Source: Laetmonice hystrix (lineage: Eukaryota). From it: DNA of 64,000 nucleotides. The DNA is taken from NCBI GenBank assembly GCA_965235115.1, contig OZ249436.1, forward strand, positions 25,360,001-25,424,000, read 5' to 3'. The first letter of the stretch is position 1. The number at the start of each line of letters is the position of its first letter. Made by a program: the position numbers and the translations under genes. The notes beneath the pieces are model-generated. The model made no database searches. It had not been told where the DNA came from and saw only the letters and a program-made list of their open reading frames with translations. Positions 55,001-64,000 of this stretch are shown here, piece after piece.

Positions 55001-58000
55001 AAGTCAATGCGAGCTCGCATGTCAAACCTAACCCGCCCCCCAGCACATGAGCTGAAAATATTCAAATAGCTTGAAAACTAGAATATAGCTTTGCTTAATA
55101 GCATTATACCATCAACTCGCATTACAGGCCTAATGCGAAGCTCCCAGCCTAAAACGAGTTTCCAATTAATTTAAAGTTAACAAGATGCACTAATAATCGA
55201 TTCCAAGCCTAATTAGGCCATTGCTAGTTGGATAACCAAATCTCATACAAAATACACCCTCCCGGCAGATGACCTGAGAATATTCAACTCTTTTGTCCGA
55301 TATATCCCTGTCCGCTTAGTAGCACCCAGCCGGGCCCCCATTTTGACATTGCAACACCAATACAGCAAGTGCCCAGCTAACAGCACAAATAACAGGATTC
55401 AGGGCTTCCTACCACGTTACAAGTCACAATAGATTGCTGCCTGTCGTAAAAATATACCAGACCATTTTAAAAAGTCACAGAACCCCAATCCGGCCCTAAT
55501 ATGTCACTCCCAGTACCAATAGACGCTGGAAGCACCATCAACTGAAATTCAGGCCTAGAACCCACCTCTCTCTACCAATATCATGCACCTAGTCCGTATA
55601 CGAGGTTGTAATTTACTTTAATCAACGGGCTGCGCCGCAGCAACCCACTCTGGTCTTTGCAATCTTTTTCAATATGCGTTAACATTTGTGACCAGCTCAA
55701 CGCGCCTTGTAAAATTTTTCAAAGTGCGTAAAAGTGTGTGTCCACCCCGACACGCTTTCCAAACCACTATACCCACCGAGCGACATCCACTCAAATACAG
55801 GCTTCGACCGATCCTCACTGTGCCAATAATCCGCCACAAGGCAAATTCAGTCAATGCAAGCTGGAAAATCGAATGTCAAACCTAATACTCCCCCCCCCCC
55901 AGCACGTTAACTGAAAATAATCAACTAGCTTGAAAACTAGAATATAGCTTTGTTAAGCTAACAATCTACTCTCCCAGCGCCATCAACTCGCATACAGGCG
56001 TAAAAGCAAACGCACTGCCCCATATAATGCTCCCAGCCTAAAACGATGTTGCAATTAATTTAAAATTAACAAGATGCACTAGTAATCCGATCCAAGCTTA
56101 ATTACGTCATTGCTAGTTTCATAACCAAATCTCACAGAAAATACCCCACCCGGGCACATAACCTGAAAATATTCAACTTTTATCTCCAATGTATCCCTGT
56201 GCACCCAAGCGGGCCCAATTTTGACATCCCAACACAAATACCGCAAATACCCGCCTAATGGCACAAAAAACTTTCTACCCCGTTGCAAGTCACATTAGCG
56301 TGCTGCTTGTCGTAAAAAATTGTGCAGACCATTTCTAAAGTCACAGTACCCCACTCCCGGCCTAATATTACGTTTCAGTATCCATATACGCTGCAAGCGG
56401 CAGGAACTCGAATACAGGCCTAAAAGTAACCTCAGTCTAGCAATATCATACTCCCATGCCATATACGAGCTTGTAATTATCTTTAATTAATGGGCTCCGC
56501 AGCACCAACCCACTGCATTAACATTTGTTTAACAGCTTAACGCACCTTGTAAAATTTTTTCAAGTGCGTAAAAATGCGTGTCCACCTCCACATACTTTAA
56601 AAATCACTATACCCACCCAGCGACATCCACTCTAATACACGCCTAAAAGGAACTTCACTGTCCCATTTGATTCTCCAGCACGTATAGGATGTTTCAAGTA
56701 ACATTCATCCACGGTCTGGCCCAATAACGTGCAACAAGGCATAGTAAGTCAATGCGACCTCGCATGTCAAACCTAACCCGCCCCCCAGCACATGAGCTGA
56801 AAATATTCAAATAGCGTGAAAACTAGAATATAGCTTTGCTTAATACCATTATACCATCAACTCGCATTACAGGCCTAATGCGAAGCTCCCAGCCTAAAAC
56901 GAGTTTCCAATTAATTTAAAGTTAACAAGATGCACTAATAATCGATTCCAAGCCTAATTAGGCCATTGCTAGTTGGATAACCAAATCTCATACAAAATAC
57001 ACCCTCCCGGCAGATGACCTGAGAATATTCAACTCTTATGTCCGATATATCCCTGTCCGCTTTGTAGCACCCAGCCGGGCCCCCATTTTGACATTGCAAC
57101 ACCAATACAGCAAGTGCCCAGCTAACAGCACAAATAACAGGATTCAGGGCTTCCTACCACGTTACAAGTCACAATAGATTGATGCCTGTCGTAAAAATAT
57201 ACCAGACCATTTTAAAAAGTCACAGAACCCCAATCCGGCCCTAATATGTCACTCCCAGTACCAATACACTCTGGAAGCACCATCAACTGAAATTCAGGCC
57301 TAGAACCCACCTCTCTCTACCAATATCATGCACCTAGTCCGTATACGAGGTTGTAATTTCCTTTAATCAACGGGTTGCGCCGCAGCAACCCACTCTGGTC
57401 TTTGCAATCTTTTTCAATATGCGTTAACATTTGTGACCAGCTCAACGCGCCTTGTAAAATTTTTCAAAGTGCGTAAAAGTGTGTGTCCATCCCGTCACGC
57501 TTTCCAAACCACTATACCCACCGAGCGACATCCACTCAAATACAGGCTTCGACCGATCCTCACTGTGCCAATAATCCGCCACAAGGCAACTTCAGTCAAT
57601 GCAAGCTGGAAAATCGAATGTCAAACCTAATGCTCCCCCCCCCCAGCACGTTAACTGAAAAAAATCAACTAGCTTGAAAACTAGAATATAGCTTTGTTTA
57701 GCTAACAATCTACTCTCCCAGCGCCATCAACTCGCATACAGGCGTAAAAGCAAACGCACTGCCCCATATAATGCTCCCAGCCTAAAACGATGTTGCAATT
57801 AATTTAAAATTAACAAGATGCACTAGTAATCCGATCCAAGCCTAATTACGTCATTGCTAGTTTCATAACCAAATCTCACAGAAAATACCCCACCCGCGCA
57901 CATAACCTAAAAATATTCAACTTTTATCTCCAATGTATCCCTGTGCACCTAGTAGCACCCAAGCGGGCCCAATTTTGACATTCCAACACAAATACCACAA

Positions 58001-61000
58001 ATACCCGCCTAATGGCACAAAAAACTTTCTACCCCGTTGCAAGTCACATTAGCTTGCTGCTTGTCGTAAAAAATGGTGCAGACCATTTCTAAAGTCACAG
58101 TACCCAACTCTCGGCCTAATATTACGTTTCAGTATCCATATACGCTGCAAGCGGCAAGAACTCGAATACAGGCCTAAAAGTAACCCCAGTCTAGCAATAT
58201 CATACTCTCATGCCATATACGAGCTTGTAATTATCTTTAATTAATGGGCTCCGCAGCACCAACCCACTGCATTAACATTTGTTTAACAGCTTAACGCACC
58301 TTGTAAAAAATTTTCAAGTGCGTAAAAATGCGTGTCCACCTCCACATACTTTAAAAATCACTATACCCACCCAGCGACATTCACTCTAATACACGCCTAA
58401 GAGGAACTTCACTGTCCCATTTGATTCTCCAGCACGTATAGGATGTTTCAAGTAACATTCATCCACGGTCTGGCCCAATAACGTGCAACAAGGCATAGTA
58501 AGTCAATGCGAGCTCGCATGTCAAACCTAACCCGCCCCCCAGCACATGAGCTGAAAATATTCAAATAGCTTGAAAACTAGAATATAGCTTTGCTTAATAC
58601 CATTATACCATCAACTCGCATTACAGGCCTAATGCGAAGCTCCCAGCCTAAAACGAGTTTCCAATTAATTTAAAGTTAACAAGATGCACTAATAATCGAT
58701 TCCAAGCCTAATTAGGCCATTGCTAGTTGGATAACCAAATCTCATACAAAATACACCCTCCCGGCAGATGACCTGAGAATATTCAACTCTTATGTCCGAT
58801 ATATCCCTGTCCGCTTAGTAGCACCCAGCCGGGCCCCCATTTTGACATTGCAACACCAATACAGCAAGTGCCCAGCTAACAGCACAAATAACAGGATTCA
58901 GGGCTTCCTACCACGTTACAAGTCACAATAGATTGCTGCCTGTCGTAAAAATATACCAGACCATTTTAAAAAGTCACAGAACCCTAATCCGGCCCTAATA
59001 TGTCACTCCCAGTACCAATACACTCTGGAAGCACCATCAACTGAAATTCAGGCCTAGAACCCACCTCTCTCTACCAATATCATGCACCTAGTCCGTATAC
59101 GAGGTTGTAATTTACTTTAATCAACGGGCTGCGCCGCAGCAACCCACTCTGGTCTTTGCAATCTTTTTCAATATGCGTGAACATTTGTAACCAGCTCAAC
59201 GCGCCTTGTAAAATTTTTCAAAGTGCGTAAAAGTGTGTGTCCACCCCGACACGCTTTCCAAACCACTATACCCACCGAGCGACATCCACTCAAATACAGG
59301 CTTCGACCGATCCTCACTGTGCCAATAATCCGCCACAAGGCAAATTCAGTCAATGCAAGCTGGAAAATCGAATGTCAAACCTAATACTCCCCCCCCCAGC
59401 ACGTTAACTGAAAATAATCAACTAGCTTGAAAACTAGAATATAGCTTTGTTTAGCTAACAATCTACTCTCCCAGCGCCATCAACTCGCATACAGGCGTAA
59501 AAGCAAACGCACTGCCCCATATAATGCTCCCAGCCTAAAACGATGTTGCAATTAATTTAAAATTAACAAGATGCACTAGTAATCCGATCCAAGCTTAATT
59601 ACGTCATTGCTAGTTTCATAACCAAATCTCACAGAAAATACCCCACCCGGGCACATAACCTGAAAATATTCAACTTTTATCTCCAATGTATCCCTGTGCA
59701 CCTAGTAGCACCCAAGCGGGCCCAATTTTGACATCCCAACACAAATACCGCAAATACCCGCCTAATGGCACAAAAAACTTTCTACCCCGTTGCAAGTCAC
59801 ATTAGCGTGCTGCTTGTCGTAAAAAATGGTGCAGACCATTTCTAAAGTCACAGTACCCCACTCCCGGCCTAATATTACGTTTCAGTATCCATATACGCTG
59901 CAAGCGGCAGGAACTCGAATACAGGCCTAAAAGTAACCTCAGTCTAGCAATATCATACTCCCATGCCATATACGAGCTTGTAATTATCTTTAATTAATGG
60001 GCTCCGCAGCACCAACCCACTGCATTAACATTTGTTTAACAGCTTAACGCACCTTGTAAAAAATTTTCAAGTGCGTAAAAATGCGTGTCCACCTCCACAT
60101 ACTTTAAAAATCACTATACCCACCCAGCGACATTCACTCTAATACACGCCTAAGAGGAACTTCACTGTCCCATTTGATTCTCCAGCACGTATAGGATGTT
60201 TCAAGTAACATTCATCCACGGTCTGGCCCAATAACGTGCAACAAGGCATAGTAAGTCAATGCGAGCTCGCATGTCAAACCTAACCCGCCCCCCAGCACAT
60301 GAGCTGAAAATATTCAAATAGCTTGAAAACTAGAATATAGCTTTGCTTAATACCATTATACCATCAACTCGCATTACAGGCCTAATGCGAAGCTCCCAGC
60401 CTAAAACGAGTTTCCAATTAATTTAAAGTTAACAAGATGCACTAATAATCGATTCCAAGCCTAATTAGGCCATTGCTAGTTGGATAACCAAATCTCATAC
60501 AAAATACACCCTCCCGGCAGATGACCTGAGAATATTCAACTCTTATGTCCGATATATCCCTGTCCGCTTAGTAGCACCCAGCCGGGCCCCCATTTTGACA
60601 TTGCAACACCAATACAGCAAGTGCCCAGCTAACAGCACAAATAACAGGATTCAGGGCTTCCTACCACGTTACAAGTCACAATAGATTGCTGCCTGTCGTA
60701 AAAATATACCAGACCATTTTAAAAAGTCACAGGACCCCAATCCGGCCCTAATATGTCACTCCCAGTACCAATAGACGCTGGAAGCACCATCAACTGAAAT
60801 TCAGGCCTAGAACCCACCTCTCTCTACCAATATCATGCACCTAGTCCGTATACGAGGTTGTAATTTACTTTAATCAACGGGCTGCGCCGCAGCAACCCAC
60901 TCTGGTCTTTGCAATCTTTTTCAATATGCGTTAACATTTGTGACCAGCTCAACGCGCCTTGTAAAATTTTTCAAAGTGCGTAAAAGTGTGTGTCCACCCC

Positions 61001-64000
61001 GACACGCTTTCCAAACCACTATACCCACCGAGCGACATCCACTCAAATACAGGCTTCGACCGATCCTCACTGTGCCAATAATCCGGCACAAGGCAAATTC
61101 AGTCAATGCAAGCTGGAAAATCGAATGTCAAACCTAATGCTCCCCCCCCCCCCAGCACGTTAACTGAAAATAATCAACTAGCTTGAAAACTAGAATATAG
61201 CTTTGTTTAGCTAACAATCTACTCTCCCAGCGCCATCAACTCGCATACAGGCGTAAAAGCAAACGCACTGCCCCATATAATGCTCCCAGCCTAAAACGAT
61301 GTTGCAATTAATTTAAAATTAACAAGATGCACTAGTAATCCGATCCAAGCTTAATTACGTCATTGCTAGTTTCATAACCAAATCTCACAGAAAATACCCC
61401 ACCCGCGCACATAACCTGAAAATATTCAACTTTTATCTCCAATGTATCCCTGTGCACCTAGTAGCACCCAAGCGGGCCCAATTTTGACATCCCAACACAA
61501 ATACCGCAAATACCCGCCTAATGGCACAAAAAACTTTCTACCCCGTTGCAAGTCACATTAGCTTGCTGCTTGTCGTAAAAAATGGTGCAGACCATTTCTA
61601 AAGTCACAGTACCCCACTCCCGGCCTAATATTACGTTTCAGTATCCATATACGCTGCAAGCGGCAGGAACTCGAATACAGGCCTAAAAGTAACCCCAGTC
61701 TAGCAATATCATACTCTCATGCCATATACGAGCTTGTAATTATCTTTAATTAATGGGCTCCGCAGCACCAACCCACTGCATTAACATTTGTTTAACAGCT
61801 TAACGCACCTTGTAAAAAATTTTCAAGTGCGTAAAAATGCGTGTCCACCTCCACATACTTTAAAAATCACTATACCCACCCAGCGACATTCACTCTAATA
61901 CACGCCTAAGAGGAACTTCACTGTCCCATTTGATTCTCCAGCACGTATAGGATGTTTCAAGTAACATTCATCCACGGTCTGGCCCAATAACGTGCAACAA
62001 GGCATAGTAAGTCAATGCGAGCTCGCATGTCAAACCTAACCCGCCCCCCAGCACATGAGCTGAAAATATTCAAATAGCTTGAAAACTAGAATATAGCTTT
62101 GCTTAATACCATTATACCATCAACTCGCATTACAGGCCTAATGCGAAGCTCCCAGCCTAAAACGAGTTTCCAATTAATTTAAAGTTAACAAGATGCACTA
62201 ATAATCGATTCCAAGCCTAATTAGGCCATTGCTAGTTGGATAACCAAATCTCATACAAAATACACCCTCCCGGCAGATGACCTGAGAATATTCAACTCTT
62301 ATGTCCGATATATCCCTGTCCGCTTAGTAGCACCCAGCCGGGCCCCCATTTTGACATTGCAACACCAATACACCAAGTGCCCAGCTAACAGCACAAATAA
62401 CAGGATTCAGGGCTTCCTACCACGTTACAAGTCACAATAGATTGCTGCCTGTCGTAAAAATATACCAGACCATTTTAAAAAGTCACAGAACCCTAATCCG
62501 GCCCTAATATGTCACTCCCAGTACCAATACACTCTGGAAGCACCATCAACTGAAATTCAGGCCTAGAACCCACCTCTCTCTACCAATATCATGCACCTAG
62601 TCCGTATACGAGGTTGTAATTTACTTTAATGAACGGGTTGCGCCGCAGCAACCCACTCTGGTCTTTGCAATCTTTTTCAATATGCGTTAACATTTGTAAC
62701 CAGCTCAACGCGCCTTGTAAAATTTTTCAAAGTGCGTAAAAGTGTGTGTCCACCCCGTCACGCTTTCCAAACCACTATACCCACCGAGCGACATCCACTC
62801 ATATACAGGCTTCGACCGATCCTCACTGTGCCAATAATCCGCCACAAGGCAAATTCAGTCAATGCAAGCTGGAAAATCGAATGTCAAACCTAATGCTCCC
62901 CCCCCAGCACGTTAACTGAAAATAATCAACTAGCTTGAAAACTAGAATATAGCTTTGTTTAGCTAACAATCTACTCTCCCAGCGCCATCAACTCGCATAC
63001 AGGCGTAAAAGCAAACGCACTGCCCCATATAATGCTCCCAGCCTAAAACGATGTTGCAATTAATTTAAAATTAACAAGATGCACTAGTAATCCGATCCAA
63101 GCCTAATTACGTCATTGCTAGTTTCATAACCAAATCTCACAGAAAATACCCCACCCGCGCACATAACCTGAAAATATTCAACTTTTATCTCCAATGTATC
63201 CCTGTGCACCTAGTAGCACCCAAGCGGGCCCAATTTTGACATTCCAACACAAATACCGCAAATACCCGCCTAATGGCACAAAAAACTTTCTACCCCGTTG
63301 CAAGTCACATTAGCTTGCTGCTTGTCGTAAAAAATGGTGCAGACCATTTCTAAAGTCACAGTACCCCACTCCCGGCCTAATATTACGTTTCAGTATCCAT
63401 ATACGCTGCAAGCGGCAGGAACTCGAATACAGGCCTAAAAGTAACCCCAGTCTAGCAATATCATACTCTCATGCCATATACGAGCTTGTAATTATCTTTA
63501 ATTAATGGGCTCCGCAGCACCAACCCACTGCATTAACATTTGTTTAACAGCTTAACGCACCTTGTAAAAAATTTTCAAGTGCGTAAAAATGCGTGTCCAC
63601 CTCCACATACTTTAAAAATCACTATTTGATTCTCCAGCACGTATAGGATGTTTCAAGTAACATTTATCCACGGTCTGGCCCAACAACGTGCAACAAGGCA
63701 TAGTAAGTCAATGCGAGCTCGCATGTCAAACCTAACCCGCCCCCCAGCACATGAGCTGAAAATATTCAAATAGCTTGAAAACTAGAATATAGCTTTGCTT
63801 AATACCATTATACCATCAACTCGCATTACAGGCCTAATGCGAAGCTCCCAGCCTAAAACGAGTTTCCAATTAATTTAAAGTTAACAAGATGCACTAATAA
63901 TCGATTCCAAGCCTAATTAGGCCATTGCTAGTTGGATAACCAAATCTCATACAAAATACACCCTCCCGGCAGATGACCTGAGAATATTCAACTCTTATGT

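Larger units (their letters stand above)
1..64000. repeat. Tandem satellite (macrosatellite) array, ~1,752-bp unit, ~35 complete copies; extends beyond both window ends
   Basis: GCAACAAGGCATAGTAAGTC recurs at 1, 1755, 3507 and onward. The same short ORF recurs every ~1,750 bp (684, 2438, ... 60921). Units differ only by scattered SNPs, a variable poly-C tract and a few small indels. Confidence 0.98.

Overview
The whole window is a eukaryotic-type satellite array with no credible protein-coding or RNA gene. It holds about 35 head-to-tail copies of a ~1,752-bp unit that are near-identical by eye. Each unit is a dimer of two diverged ~850/~905-bp subunits (A, B), with traces of an older ~215/~430-bp periodicity. 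Four interruptions break the array: (1) a 298-bp inverted copy of part of the unit at 5574-5871, with a template-switch-like junction; (2) a 544-bp solo LTR (TG...CA, 4-bp target-site duplication, TSD) at 16487-17030; (3,4) two apparently identical copies of an 831-bp non-autonomous Helentron/HINE (DINE-1-like) element at 35712-36542 and 45257-46087. The HINE-like element has subterminal inverted repeats, a terminal stem-loop, no TSD, a 2x149-bp internal tandem repeat and five hairpins sharing an 11-nt loop (AGCCCACACTG) on differing stems. Diagnostic SNPs and indels show a ~9.5-kb higher-order duplication, local unit duplications, a recurrent 56-bp deletion allele and recombinant subunit haplotypes. 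All ORFs in the supplied track look like chance ORFs, almost all in satellite sequence. The organism cannot be determined from the sequence alone.
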